Source: Armatimonadota bacterium
GTDB lineage: Bacteria > Sysuimicrobiota > Sysuimicrobiia > Sysuimicrobiales > Kaftiobacteriaceae
Reading direction: 5' to 3'
DNA length: 62,308 bases
NCBI GenBank assembly: GCA_037440005.1
Contig: JBBIUY010000015.1
Span: 1 to 62,308, forward strand
The notes below the pieces were generated by a model. It saw only the letters and a list, made by a program, of their open reading frames with translations, was not told the DNA's origin and searched no databases. Made by a program: the position numbers and the translations under genes. This document shows, piece by piece, positions 44,909 through 54,847 of this stretch (position 1 is the first letter of the stretch; each line of letters opens with the position of its first letter).

Positions 44909-44986
44909 GTCCGGCCCGGGATCGAGCCGCACGACACCGGAGCAGGGAGGGCCGGTCCGGGGCAAGAAACCGACGGGTGGCCGACC

Positions 44987-46234
44987 ATGGGGACGCTGGT
45001 CCGCGCCGCACTGCTGGTCGCCGCCGTGGTCGCGCTGGCCACGGCCGGGTGGGCCGGTCCCCGCGTCAGCCTGGAGTTCTGGACCATCTCCCTGCAGCCG
45101 TTCTTCACCGACTTCATCACCGGGCTGATCGGCGCCTATGAGGCCGCCCACCCGGGCGTGGACGTCCGGTGGGTGGACGTGCAGATCCAGGCCGTCGAGC
45201 AGAAACTGCTGGCGGCCATCGCCGGCGGGGTGGCGCCCGACGTGGTCAACCTCAACATGGAGTTCGCCGCCCGCCTGGCCGCCCGCGGCGCCCTGGTGGA
45301 CATGGACGGCGCCGTCCCGGCTCAGGAGCGGGAGAAGTACTTCGACGGCCTGTGGGCCAGCACGCGGGTGCGGGGGCGGTCCTACGGCATCCCCTGGTAC
45401 ATCGCGCCGCCGGTCCTGATCTACAACGTGGACCTGTTTCGCCGGGCCGGCCTGGACCCGCTGGATCCTCCGTCCAGCGAGGGGGAGATGGTGGCGGCGG
45501 CGATCCGCATCAAGGATCGCACGGGCGTGTACGGCTTCATGCCCCTGGTGGACGGCACGCGGTTGATCCACCGCTTCCTGGAAAACGGCCTGCCGGTGCT
45601 GAGCCCCGACGGGCGCCGGGCGGTGTTCAACTCGCCGGCCCACGTCGCCTACCTGCAGCAGTACGTGCAGCTGTTCCGGGACGACTACTTCCCCGACGAC
45701 ACCCTGCGGCGGGGCTTCCTGGGCGCGGTGGAGCGCTACAGCGCCGGGCAGCTGGGGATGCTGGTGGTGGGACCACAGTTTCTGGAACGGGTGAAGGTCA
45801 GCAACCCCGACGTGTACGCGAAGACCTTCGTCGGCCCCTACCCGATGGGCAAGGCGCGGGTCATCCACGCGGGGCTGATGGTGCTGGCCGTGCCCCGGGC
45901 CAGCCGCCAGACCGCCGAGGCCGTCCGGCTGGCGCTGTACGTGACCAACGACGACAACCAGCTGGCCTTCAGCCGGCTGGTGGTGGTCTTCCCCTCCACC
46001 CGCCGCGCCGCCGCGGACCCCTTCTTCCGCCAGAAGGGCGCCGGCCCCGAGTGGAAGGCCCGGGCGGTCGCCGCCGACCAGCTGCGGTACGCCCGGGACC
46101 TGACCCTGCTGGTTCCCAACCAGGGCGAGCTGTACAAGATCTTCCGGGAGGCCGTCGAGAGCGCGTTCTTCGGCCGGATGTCGCCCAAAGACGCCCTGGA
46201 CTGGGCCGTGCGCGAGTGGAACGCGCGCCTGTAA
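44987..46234 (+). CDS. sugar ABC transporter substrate-binding protein
   Basis: Signal peptide, APDVVNLN, YGIPWY. Confidence 0.9.
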   Translation: MGTLVRAALLVAAVVALATAGWAGPRVSLEFWTISLQPFFTDFITGLIGAYEAAHPGVDVRWVDVQIQAVEQKLLAAIAGGVAPDVVNLNMEFAARLAARGALVDMDGAVPAQEREKYFDGLWASTRVRGRSYGIPWYIAPPVLIYNVDLFRRAGLDPLDPPSSEGEMVAAAIRIKDRTGVYGFMPLVDGTRLIHRFLENGLPVLSPDGRRAVFNSPAHVAYLQQYVQLFRDDYFPDDTLRRGFLGAVERYSAGQLGMLVVGPQFLERVKVSNPDVYAKTFVGPYPMGKARVIHAGLMVLAVPRASRQTAEAVRLALYVTNDDNQLAFSRLVVVFPSTRRAAADPFFRQKGAGPEWKARAVAADQLRYARDLTLLVPNQGELYKIFREAVESAFFGRMSPKDALDWAVREWNARL

Positions 46235-48408
46235 CCCTCTCCGTTGGGCTGCTGATCCTGCTGCTGGCGGCCTCCGGGGTCGCGGGGCCGGCGCTGCCCG
46301 ACGCCTTCGTGCCTCCCGAGCCCGGCGACCTGTGGCCCGTGCCCCGCCAGGTGCGGTGGGGGCGCGGCCAGGTCGTCCTGCCGCCCGGCACCCCGATCGT
46401 GGTGGGCGACGACGCCGCCCCCGAGGACCTGTTCGCCGCCCGGGAGCTCAACGAGGAGCTGTCCGCGCGCTTCGGGATCACCCTGCCCGTGGTGCGGGCC
46501 TCTCAGGCCGGCGCGGCCGCGGTCTTCATCGCCGTCGGCGAACCCTGGCTGAACCCGATGTCCGCCCGGCTGCTGCTGGCGGCCGGGCTGGCCGTGACGG
46601 CCGACTCTCCGGGTCCTCAGGGCTACGTGCTGCACGCGGGTCCCCGCGGCGTGGTGGTGGCCGGGTCGGACCGGCGGGGGACGTTCTACGGCGTGCAGAC
46701 GCTGCGCCAGCTGCTGCGGCCCGCCGGGGGCGGCGTGGCCGTGCCGGCGGTGACCGTCCGCGACTGGCCGGCCCACCGGGTGCGGGCGGTGCACGTCCTG
46801 CTGGACGCCGCCAGCGAGGACGTCCACGGGGCGCTGGTGGACCGGATCCTGGCCCCGTTCAAGTTCACCACCATCGTCGCCGAAGCCCACCACGTCCGGT
46901 GGGACAGCGGGCGGCCCCTGTGGACGCCCGACCCGCGCGGCGCCACCAAGGCCCAGGTCCGGGCGCTGCTGGAGGTGGCGCGGCAGCACCACATCGAGGT
47001 GGTTCCCCTGGTGGCCACCCTGGGGCACAGCGAGTGGGTGTTTGGGGGGCTGCGCGATCCGGAGGTGTGCCAGCAGATCGCCTACCTGCCGCCGGCTCTG
47101 GAAGGATCGCGGCCGCACCTGACCTGCGACCGGGAGCGGGGGATCTACCCGTCGGTGTACGACCCGCGCCGCCCGCTGGCCGCCGGCGACCCGGCGGCCA
47201 CCATCACCGAGGCGCTGGTCTTCCCCGTGCTGGAGGAGGCCGTGGAGCTGTTCCGCCCGGCGGTCCTGCACATCGGTCACGACGAGGTGCGCGGCCCCGG
47301 CGGGGTGTCCATGGACCTGGACCTGTACCTGCGCGACGTCTCCGCCCTGGACGGCTTTCTGCGCCGGCGGGGAGTGCGGACCATGCTGTGGGGCGACGTG
47401 CTGTACGAGCGCCGGGCGGAGGTGGCCTCCCTGGAGGCCTACCGGGCGCTGCCCCGGGACCTGGTGGTGGTGCCGTGGAAGTACGAGGACGCGGCGGCGT
47501 ACCCCGAGGTGGAGCACTTCCGCCGGGAAGGCTTTCCGGTGATGGGCGCCACCTGGTACCGCCTGCGCAACACCGTGGAGTTCAGCCGGGCCGCCTACGC
47601 CGCCGGGGCGGTGGGGATGATCCGGACCACCTGGACGGGACAGTTCCAGAACCGGGCCGCCCTCACCCGGGCCTACCGGCAGCTGTACACCTACCTGACG
47701 GCGGCCAACTACTTCTGGAACCCGTTCGCCCCCGATCCCCAGAGTGTCCAGGAGGCGGCGCTGGCCCGCCGGTTCGCCGACGCCTGGGAGCGCCGGCCGG
47801 CGGCCGGGCCGATCCCGGGCGCGCCGGTGGACCTCTCCCGGGCGGCCACCCGCCGCCACGTGGACGACGACGGACACGGGTGGCTGGGCAAGGGGCCCGA
47901 CTTCGACCTGCGGGCGCTGTCCGCCGGCCGGCAGCGGCTGGCCGGGGTGCTGTTTGACATCCTCGACCCCCGCCGCGGGCCCACCGTGGTGATGCTGCGG
48001 GGCGAGCGGGACGTGGCCGCCGACCTGCCCGGCCAGGTCACCGTGTGGGTAAGAGCCCGGGCCGCCTGCCTGGCCGTCCTCCACGCGGCTTTGGACAGCG
48101 CGCCCTTCGGGGAAGTGGTGGGCCGGTACACGGTCCACCGGGACGGCGCGGATTCGGTGGAGATCCCTGTGCGGTACGGCCGGGAGATCTCCAGCTGGCT
48201 GGTGGACCCCGAACGGGGCGTGGCCTCCATCGAGCAGCGGGTGGCGTGGACGGGCCGCACCCGCGCCGGGGTGGAGGTCAACCTGCAGGTCCTGTGGTGG
48301 CGCAACCCGGACCCGGCGCGGCCGGTACGGGCGGTGACCTTCGCGTCCGCCGGCGGCCGGGCCAGCCCGGCGGTGTTCGCCCTCACGGCCCTGGAGGGCT
48401 GCCCGTGA
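46216..48408 (+). CDS. GH20-like beta-hexosaminidase, secreted (start approximate)
   Basis: WPVPR, GYVL...GTFYGVQTLRQL, RDWP, LGHSEW, catalytic HIGHDE, MLWGD. Confidence 0.82.
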   Translation: MERAPVTLSVGLLILLLAASGVAGPALPDAFVPPEPGDLWPVPRQVRWGRGQVVLPPGTPIVVGDDAAPEDLFAARELNEELSARFGITLPVVRASQAGAAAVFIAVGEPWLNPMSARLLLAAGLAVTADSPGPQGYVLHAGPRGVVVAGSDRRGTFYGVQTLRQLLRPAGGGVAVPAVTVRDWPAHRVRAVHVLLDAASEDVHGALVDRILAPFKFTTIVAEAHHVRWDSGRPLWTPDPRGATKAQVRALLEVARQHHIEVVPLVATLGHSEWVFGGLRDPEVCQQIAYLPPALEGSRPHLTCDRERGIYPSVYDPRRPLAAGDPAATITEALVFPVLEEAVELFRPAVLHIGHDEVRGPGGVSMDLDLYLRDVSALDGFLRRRGVRTMLWGDVLYERRAEVASLEAYRALPRDLVVVPWKYEDAAAYPEVEHFRREGFPVMGATWYRLRNTVEFSRAAYAAGAVGMIRTTWTGQFQNRAALTRAYRQLYTYLTAANYFWNPFAPDPQSVQEAALARRFADAWERRPAAGPIPGAPVDLSRAATRRHVDDDGHGWLGKGPDFDLRALSAGRQRLAGVLFDILDPRRGPTVVMLRGERDVAADLPGQVTVWVRARAACLAVLHAALDSAPFGEVVGRYTVHRDGADSVEIPVRYGREISSWLVDPERGVASIEQRVAWTGRTRAGVEVNLQVLWWRNPDPARPVRAVTFASAGGRASPAVFALTALEGCP

Positions 48409-49286
48409 GCGCCCGCGCCCGGCAGACCGCCATCGCCTACCTGTTCCTGCTGCCGGCCCTGGTCCTGCTGGGGGTCTTCACCGTCTACCCGGTGCTGGTG
48501 GGCACGGTCCTCAGCCTGTTCGACTACGACGTCCTCACCCCGCCGCGCTACGTGGGGCTGCGCCAGTTCCAGCGCCTGCTGGCCGACCGCTACTTCTGGA
48601 TCGCCCTGACCAACTCGGCCCGCTACGTGCTGGTGGTGCCGGTCATCCAGCTGTGCAGCCTGCTGCTGGCGGTGGCGGTCAACCGCCCGCTGCGGGGCAT
48701 CCGGGCGTTCCGGGCCGCCTACTACATCCCCGTGATCACCTCCTGGCCCGTGGCCGGCATCGTGTGGACGTGGATGTACGACCAGCAGGGCGTGGTCAAC
48801 TTCGTCCTGCGGACCCTGGGGGTGCTGGACCGCCCCTTCTCGTGGCTGACCCACCCCTCCCTGGCGCTGTACGCCGTCATGTTTGTCACCCTGTGGAAGG
48901 GGCTGGGGTGGTACATGGTGATCTATCTGGCGGGCCTGCAGGCGGTGCCCCCCGAATACGAGGAGGCGGCGTGGCTGGACGGCGCCTCCCGCCGCCAGGT
49001 GTTCTGGCGCATCACGGTGCCGCTGCTGCGCCCCTACCTGCTGCTGGGCTCGCTGCTGTCCACCATGGCGGCGGTGAAGGTCTTCGAGGAGATCTACGTG
49101 ATGACCCGGGGCGGCCCGTTCTACAGCACCTACACCATGTTCATGTACATCTTTGACACGGCCTTCGAGGAGCTGGACATGGGCTACGCCGCGGCCCTGG
49201 CGCTGGTCCTGGCGGCGGTCCTGCTGGCGTTTTCGGCAGTGAACGTCCGCCTGTTCCGGCACGGCGGGCTGGAGGGGTACGAGTGA
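48405..49286 (+). CDS. carbohydrate ABC transporter permease
   Basis: YLAGLQ...EEAAWLDGAS, MGYAAA. Confidence 0.92.
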   Translation: MSARARQTAIAYLFLLPALVLLGVFTVYPVLVGTVLSLFDYDVLTPPRYVGLRQFQRLLADRYFWIALTNSARYVLVVPVIQLCSLLLAVAVNRPLRGIRAFRAAYYIPVITSWPVAGIVWTWMYDQQGVVNFVLRTLGVLDRPFSWLTHPSLALYAVMFVTLWKGLGWYMVIYLAGLQAVPPEYEEAAWLDGASRRQVFWRITVPLLRPYLLLGSLLSTMAAVKVFEEIYVMTRGGPFYSTYTMFMYIFDTAFEELDMGYAAALALVLAAVLLAFSAVNVRLFRHGGLEGYE

Positions 49287-50137
49287 GGGCGGACGGCCGC
49301 CCGCGGGCCCGTCTCCACCCCGGCCGCCTGACCGGGACGGTCCTGTGGTATGCGGGGCTGGGCGCTGGGGCGGTGTTCACCGTGTTCCCGCTGGCGTGGA
49401 CCCTGCTGGTGTCCCTGCAGCCGGCGGGGCCCGTGTTCAGCCTGCCGCCCGACCTGCGCCCCTGGCCGCTGACGGCGGCCCACTACCGCGGGGTGTGGGA
49501 GACCCTGCCGCTGCCCCGGTACACCCTGAACACCCTGCTCATCACGGGGATGGGGGTCGGGCTGACGCTGGTGGTGTGCTCCCTGGCGGCGTATCCCCTG
49601 GCCCGGATGCGCTTTCCGGGGCGGGCGGCGATCTTTTACGGCATCCTGGCCATGCTGATGCTGCCCGAGCACGTGGGGTTGATCGTCAACTTCATCACCA
49701 TGATGAGGCTGCGCCTGGTGGACACCTACGCGGCGGTGTACCTGCCCAGCGTGGCCAGCATCGTCGGGATCTTCCTGCTCCGCCAGGCCTACCTGTCGGT
49801 GCCCCGGGAGCTGGAGGACGCCGCCCGCATCGACGGCGCCGGGGAGCTCACCATCTGGTGGCGCATCATGCTGCCGCTGGTGGCGCCGGCATTGGCCACC
49901 CTGGCCATCTTCCAGTTCGTGGCGTTCTGGAACAGCTTCCTGTGGCCCATCATCGTGCTGAAGAGCCCCGACAAGTACCCGCTGGCCGCGGGGCTGCTGT
50001 ACCTGCGGGGGCTGTTCGCCCACAACACCCGGTACATCGCCGCGGGCACGGTGATGGCCGGCGTGCCGGTGATCGTCCTGTTCGTGTTCACCCAGCGCTA
50101 CTTCATGCGCGGCGTGACCGCGGGGGCGATCCGGTGA
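49283..50137 (+). CDS. carbohydrate ABC transporter permease
   Basis: LEDAARIDGA, WNSFLWP. Confidence 0.92.
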   Translation: MRADGRPRARLHPGRLTGTVLWYAGLGAGAVFTVFPLAWTLLVSLQPAGPVFSLPPDLRPWPLTAAHYRGVWETLPLPRYTLNTLLITGMGVGLTLVVCSLAAYPLARMRFPGRAAIFYGILAMLMLPEHVGLIVNFITMMRLRLVDTYAAVYLPSVASIVGIFLLRQAYLSVPRELEDAARIDGAGELTIWWRIMLPLVAPALATLAIFQFVAFWNSFLWPIIVLKSPDKYPLAAGLLYLRGLFAHNTRYIAAGTVMAGVPVIVLFVFTQRYFMRGVTAGAIR

Positions 50138-51564
50138 CGGAGCGCCCGGTGCTGGCCCTGGTCCCCCTGGACGACCGTCCGGTGACGGCGGACCTGCCCG
50201 CCGACCTGGCCCGGGCGGCGGGGGTGGAGGTGCGGGTGCCGCCGCGCCACCTGCTGGGCGGCCGCCGCCGTCCGGCCGACGTTGAAGGCGTGTGGGCCTG
50301 GCTGGACGCGCAGCCGGCCGACGCGGTGGTGGCGTCGGTGGAGATGCTGTGCTTTGGCGGGCTGGTGGCCTCCCGCAAGAGCCGGGCGACCTGTGCCGAT
50401 GTCCTGCCGCTGCTGGAGCGGCTGGAGGCACTGGCGTCCCGCGTCCCCACCTACGCGTCGGCCGTCATCCCCCGCGTCCCTGCGCAACCCACCGACGAGG
50501 ACGCCCCGTACTGGACGACCGGGGACGAGCCGGCCGCACACCGCCACCGCCGGCTGCACCATGCCGTCCACGCCCGCCTGATCGAGGCCAGCCGCCGGGG
50601 AGTGCTGCACTACCTCCTGATCGGCCAGGACGACACCGCCCCCGGCGGCCCCGCCGACGCCGACCGGGCAGCCCTGCAGGCTCAGGTGGATGCCGGGGGG
50701 ACGTCCCGGGCCCTGCTGACCGCCGGCGCGGACGAGCTGGGAGCGTGCCTGGTGGCGCGCTGGTTGACCGACCTCACCCGGACCCGGCTGTCGGTGCAGG
50801 CGGTCTACACCTTTCCGGCCGATGTCGGTCGCATCCCTCGCTACGAGGCCGCGCCCCTGGAGCAGACGGTGGCCGAGCACGTGGCCGGCGTCGGCTGCCG
50901 GCTGTCCGGGCAGGACGCCGACGTGCTGCTGTGGGTGCACAACTTCGACGGCCCCCAGCGGGAGGCCCGGGACCAGGGCGGGGACCTGCCTGCCGGTGCC
51001 GTGGAGCCTGTCCTGGCGGCGGTCTGGGACGCCGCGGGCCGGGGGCGGACGGTCGTCCTCGCCGACGTCCGGTACGCCAACGGCGCGGACCGCGCCCTGG
51101 TGGCGCGGCTGCTGCAGGAGCCGGCGCTGGCCGGGATCGCGGCCTACGCGGGGTGGAACACCGCCGCCAACACCGTGGGTTCGGCGCTGGCGCAGGGGGT
51201 GGTGGCCGCGCTGGTCCGCCGCGGCGTCGTGGCCGGCGACGACGTGGCCCTCCGCCGGACCCTGGCCATCCGGCTGCTGGACGACTGGGCCTACCAGGCC
51301 GACGTGAGGGGACGGCTGGCCGAGGCCCTGCGGCAGCGGGAAGGAGATCCGGCCGATCTGGGAGGGCACCGGGCGTGGTGCGAGGAGCAGGCGGCCCGGA
51401 TGCTGGCCGGGGCCGCCGCCGTCCTGGGGCCGGCGTTCCCGACTGAGGAGGTGGTGGTGCGCCAGGTGGAGTTCCCCTGGGACAGGCTGTTTGAGGTGCG
51501 GATCGACGCCGACGTGGTCCGGGGGCAGCCCGGGGTCCGCCACAAGGGACGGGAGACGACGTGA
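50134..51564 (+). CDS. DUF4127 family protein
   Basis: VPLDDRP, GGLVASR, GQDD, GADE, YAGWNTAANTVG, DDWAYQ, FPWDRLFE. Confidence 0.82.
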   Translation: MTERPVLALVPLDDRPVTADLPADLARAAGVEVRVPPRHLLGGRRRPADVEGVWAWLDAQPADAVVASVEMLCFGGLVASRKSRATCADVLPLLERLEALASRVPTYASAVIPRVPAQPTDEDAPYWTTGDEPAAHRHRRLHHAVHARLIEASRRGVLHYLLIGQDDTAPGGPADADRAALQAQVDAGGTSRALLTAGADELGACLVARWLTDLTRTRLSVQAVYTFPADVGRIPRYEAAPLEQTVAEHVAGVGCRLSGQDADVLLWVHNFDGPQREARDQGGDLPAGAVEPVLAAVWDAAGRGRTVVLADVRYANGADRALVARLLQEPALAGIAAYAGWNTAANTVGSALAQGVVAALVRRGVVAGDDVALRRTLAIRLLDDWAYQADVRGRLAEALRQREGDPADLGGHRAWCEEQAARMLAGAAAVLGPAFPTEEVVVRQVEFPWDRLFEVRIDADVVRGQPGVRHKGRETT

Positions 51565-52928
51565 GCGAGGCGTACGACGTTGTCGTCGTCGGGGGCGGCC
51601 CGGCGGGAGCGGTGGCGGCGGTGGCGGCCGCGCGGTGCGGCGCCCGGGTCGCCTGCGTCGAGCGCTACGGGTTTTTGGGCGGCTCGCTGACGGCGGCGAT
51701 GGTGGCTCCCATGATGGGGTTTCACGCGGGAGACCTCCAGGTGGTCCGGGGCATCCCCCAGGAGATCGTGGACCGCCTGGTGGCCCTGGGCGCCTCATTC
51801 GGCCACGTGCCCGACCCCGTGGACTTCTGCTACACGGTCACCCCCTTTGATTACGAGGGCCTCAAGCGGGTCCTGCTGGAGATGGCGGTGGAGGCGGGGG
51901 TGGACCTGTGGCTGCACACCGTGCTGGTGGACGCCCGCGCCCGAAACGGCCGGGTGGCGCAGGCCCGGGTGTGGCACAAGGGCGGGATGGCGACGCTGGA
52001 GGCGGCGGTGTGGGTGGACGCCTCCGGCGACGGGGACCTGGCCGCGTCCGCCGGCGCGACGTGCGAGGTCGGCCGGCCTCAGGACGGCATGCCCCAGCCC
52101 ATGACCCTGATGATCCTCCTGGGCGGGGTGGACTGGGAGGCGGTGATGGCCCACCTGGCCTGTCACGACGAAGACCTGCAGCACGGCCAGGGGGTGCGCG
52201 GCCGCATCGACCCGGAGTGGCTGCGGGGTCTGCGGGTGCGCGGGTTTGCGGGGTTCCGGGGCCTGGTGGCCCAGGCGCGGGAGCGGGGCGAGTGGACCAT
52301 CCCGCGGGACCGGCTGCTGGTGTTCGAAGGGGTGCGGCCCGGAGAGGCGGTGGTGAACACCACCCGGGTCGTAGGCCGCGTCGTCGTGCGCGGCCGCGAC
52401 CTGTCCGCCGCGGAGGTGGAAGGACGCGTCCAGGCCGCCCAGGTGGTGGAGTTCCTGCGCCAGCGGGTTCCGGGATTCGCCGGCGCGTACCTGCTGCAGA
52501 CCCCGGCGCAGATCGGCGTGCGGGAGAGCCGGAGGGTGCTGGGCGACCACGTGTTGACAGCCGACGACATCCTGTCCGGGCGGAAGTTCGCCGACGCCGT
52601 GGCCTGCGGCGGCTATCCCATCGACCTGCACGATCCGGCGTCCCTGCGGCTGGAGGTCAGGCGCCTGTCTCCGGGCGAGTACTACACCATTCCGTACCGC
52701 TGCCTGCTGCCCCGGGGGCTGGACAACGTGCTCACCGCCGGCCGGTGCATCTCGGCCACCCACGAGGCGTTCGCCGCCTTCCGGGTGTCGGCGATCGCCA
52801 TGGCCGTGGGCCAGGCGGCGGGAACGGCCGCGGCCATGGCCGCGTCTGCCGGGCTGCCTCCCCGGCGGGTCGATCCCCAGGACCTGCGCGGCCGCCTGAG
52901 AGAGCAGGGCGCCTTTCTCCCGCCGTGA
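51561..52928 (+). CDS. FAD-dependent oxidoreductase (FAD_oxidored family)
   Basis: DVVVVGGGPAG, DASGDGD, GVRESRR, IPYRCLLP, AGRCIS. Confidence 0.88.
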   Translation: MSEAYDVVVVGGGPAGAVAAVAAARCGARVACVERYGFLGGSLTAAMVAPMMGFHAGDLQVVRGIPQEIVDRLVALGASFGHVPDPVDFCYTVTPFDYEGLKRVLLEMAVEAGVDLWLHTVLVDARARNGRVAQARVWHKGGMATLEAAVWVDASGDGDLAASAGATCEVGRPQDGMPQPMTLMILLGGVDWEAVMAHLACHDEDLQHGQGVRGRIDPEWLRGLRVRGFAGFRGLVAQARERGEWTIPRDRLLVFEGVRPGEAVVNTTRVVGRVVVRGRDLSAAEVEGRVQAAQVVEFLRQRVPGFAGAYLLQTPAQIGVRESRRVLGDHVLTADDILSGRKFADAVACGGYPIDLHDPASLRLEVRRLSPGEYYTIPYRCLLPRGLDNVLTAGRCISATHEAFAAFRVSAIAMAVGQAAGTAAAMAASAGLPPRRVDPQDLRGRLREQGAFLPP

Positions 52929-53599
52929 TCCCCGACCGCCGGCCCCTGCTGATCGTGAGCCTGCCCCGCAACGATCCGGCGCTGGCCGCGGCCGCCCGGG
53001 ACGGCGGTGCGGACGCGCTGAAGGTTCACGTCAACGTACGCCACCTGGCTTCGGGGACGGTGTTCGGGTCGCTGGCGGAGGAGAGGCCGCATCTTGCGGA
53101 GGTGCTGCGGGTGGGGCTTCCCACCGGTCTGGTGCCCGGCGAGGAGGCGATGGTGGCGCCCGAGGAGATGCCGGTGATCCGCGCGATGGGGTTTGCGTTC
53201 CTGGACGTGTTCGTCACGTCCCTCGCCCCGCACCTGTACGACGCCGGCATCCCCGTGGTCCCCGCCCTGCCCCACTCGGCCGAGCCCTGGCATCTCGCCG
53301 CCGTGAGCCGGCTGCCGGGCCGGTGGGTGGAGGCGGCGGTCGTCCCTCCCGAACGCTACGGGCTGCCGCCGGCCGACGCCGACTTCGCCCTGCTGCGGCG
53401 GGTGGGGGAGGTGACCGGCAAGAGGCTCATCGTCCCCACCCAGCGCCGCATCGCCCCCGCCGACGTCGGCCGGTACTTTGAGATCCCCCAGGTGTGGGCG
53501 CTGATGATCGGGGCCGTGGTGACCGGAACCGACCCGGCCACCCTGGCCGCTGCGACAGTGGCCTTTCGCCGCGCCCTGGACCGCCTGGCCGCCGGATGA
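52925..53599 (+). CDS. hypothetical protein, probable TIM barrel
   Basis: VSLPRN, GADALKVH, IVPTQR, LMIGAVVTG; GTGA overlap. Confidence 0.7.
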   Translation: MIPDRRPLLIVSLPRNDPALAAAARDGGADALKVHVNVRHLASGTVFGSLAEERPHLAEVLRVGLPTGLVPGEEAMVAPEEMPVIRAMGFAFLDVFVTSLAPHLYDAGIPVVPALPHSAEPWHLAAVSRLPGRWVEAAVVPPERYGLPPADADFALLRRVGEVTGKRLIVPTQRRIAPADVGRYFEIPQVWALMIGAVVTGTDPATLAAATVAFRRALDRLAAG

Positions 53600-53616
53600 C
53601 CGCTTTGGGCTACGGC

Positions 53617-53845
53617 GGGGACAGTCACCTTCCCCCTGGGGGGACAGTCCCCGGGCGCCGGGGGGGACAGTCCCCGCAGGCGGCCCGCAGCGGACGGGCA
53701 GAAGGCGGCGAGCGGCTCGAGATGAGGCCTTGGAGGCTCATTTCCGGCTGCGACCGGAGGGGTAGTGCCTGTCCCCCGGTTGGCGGCGGGACTGTCCCCC
53801 AGGAGCAGGGGGGACTGTCCCCCTGCAGAGGTGGTGACTGTCCCC
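53617..53845. repeat. inverted array of seven 13-bp REP-like palindromes with 23-bp period
   Basis: GACAGTC-type units at 53617, 53640, 53663; GACTGTC-type units at 53764 (degenerate), 53787, 53810, 53833. Confidence 0.85.
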
Positions 53846-53918
53846 CTGGCCCGGCCGGGGTCGAGGTATGCGGGCTCGGGGTATCATGGAAGCACACCAC
53901 CGGCGGGGGGCGAGGGCG

Positions 53919-54335
53919 ATGGCCGATCGAGTGCGGCAGATCGAGTACTACTACGTGACCGTTCCGGACAGGCCGGGGGAAAGCTACCGGGTCCTGTCGG
54001 CGCTGCGGGACAGGGGCGTGCTGCTGCTGGCGTACCACGCGTTTCCCACCGGGGGCGGGCAGGCGCAGGTGGACCTGGTGCCCGCCGACGTCGGCGCGTT
54101 CCGGCAGGCCGCGCAGGCCGCGAGGCTGAGCCTGGTGGGTCCGAAGAAGGCGTTCTTCATCGAAGGGGACGACCGGGTGGGCGCGGCCGCGGAGCACACG
54201 GGCAAGCTGGCCGCCGTCGGCATCAACATCGTCGCCGCCACAGCCCTGGGCGCCGGGGCCGGCCGCTACGGCATGATCATCTGGGTGGCTCCGGCCGACT
54301 ATTCCCGGGCAGCGGCGGCGCTGGGAGCGGCCTGA
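53919..54335 (+). CDS. tandem ACT-domain protein
   Basis: VPDRPGE and DDRVGAAA...LAAVGINI ACT motifs. Confidence 0.75.
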   Translation: MADRVRQIEYYYVTVPDRPGESYRVLSALRDRGVLLLAYHAFPTGGGQAQVDLVPADVGAFRQAAQAARLSLVGPKKAFFIEGDDRVGAAAEHTGKLAAVGINIVAATALGAGAGRYGMIIWVAPADYSRAAAALGAA

Positions 54336-54347
54336 GGGGGACGGTAT

Positions 54348-54646
54348 GCTCCGGGGGAGCTGGCGCTCCCCCGCATCCTCCTCGGGTTGGAGGTTCGGTC
54401 TACCAAAATGTGGCTCCGCGGGGAGGACTCGAACCTCCAACCCGTCGGTCGCCGCGACCCCCACCCGCCTGCGGCGGGCGGGGCCTGCAGAGGAATGTCC
54501 TGTCGCGGCTCCCTCCTCGGAGGGGCTAGCCCCTCCGACTCCTCCCCTTACGCTCCGGGGGAGCTGGCGCTCCCCCGCATCCCCCCGGGTTGGAGGTTCG
54601 ATCTACCAAAATGTGGCTCCGCGGGGAGGACTCGAACCTCCAACCC
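54348..54646. repeat. ~95-bp direct repeat (54348-54443 and 54552-54646) containing the tRNA-Asn 3' 33 nt plus trailer
   Basis: Near-identical copies seen directly, with a few substitutions and one indel. Confidence 0.9.
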
Positions 54647-54688
54647 TCCGGTTAACAGCCGGACGCTCTACCATTGAGCTACCGCGGA
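54614..54688 (-). tRNA. tRNA-Asn(GTT)
   Basis: TCCGCGGTAGCTCAATGGTAGAGCGTCCGGCTGTTAACCGGAGGGTTGGAGGTTCGAGTCCTCCCCGCGGAGCCA cloverleaf. Confidence 0.96.
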
Positions 54689-54714
54689 ACGACCGGCACC
54701 GCCGGCGCACCCCT

Positions 54715-54743
54715 ATTCTAGCCGCCCCCTCCGGTGGGGGCAA
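54715..54743 (-). promoter_or_regulatory. sigma70 promoter TTGCCC-N17-TAGAAT for tRNA-Asn
   Basis: Correct spacing, about 26 nt upstream of the tRNA. Confidence 0.6.
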
Positions 54744-54847
54744 GGCGAGCGCCCGCCCCACCTGCCTGTCCTGACATCCTGCGCCCTCCCGCCGCGCCAG
54801 GTCCGGCGCAGGACCTCCATCCGCCCGCTTGGAATCGTACTGCTCAA

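Noticed and set aside
53617..53845. CRISPR array
   Set aside because: 13-bp repeats and 10-nt spacers are far too short, orientation flips mid-array, and there are no cas genes
54411..54443. Second tRNA gene or attachment site of an intact island/prophage
   Set aside because: Only the 3' 33 nt are present, the copies are about 200 bp apart, and there is no integrase or cargo
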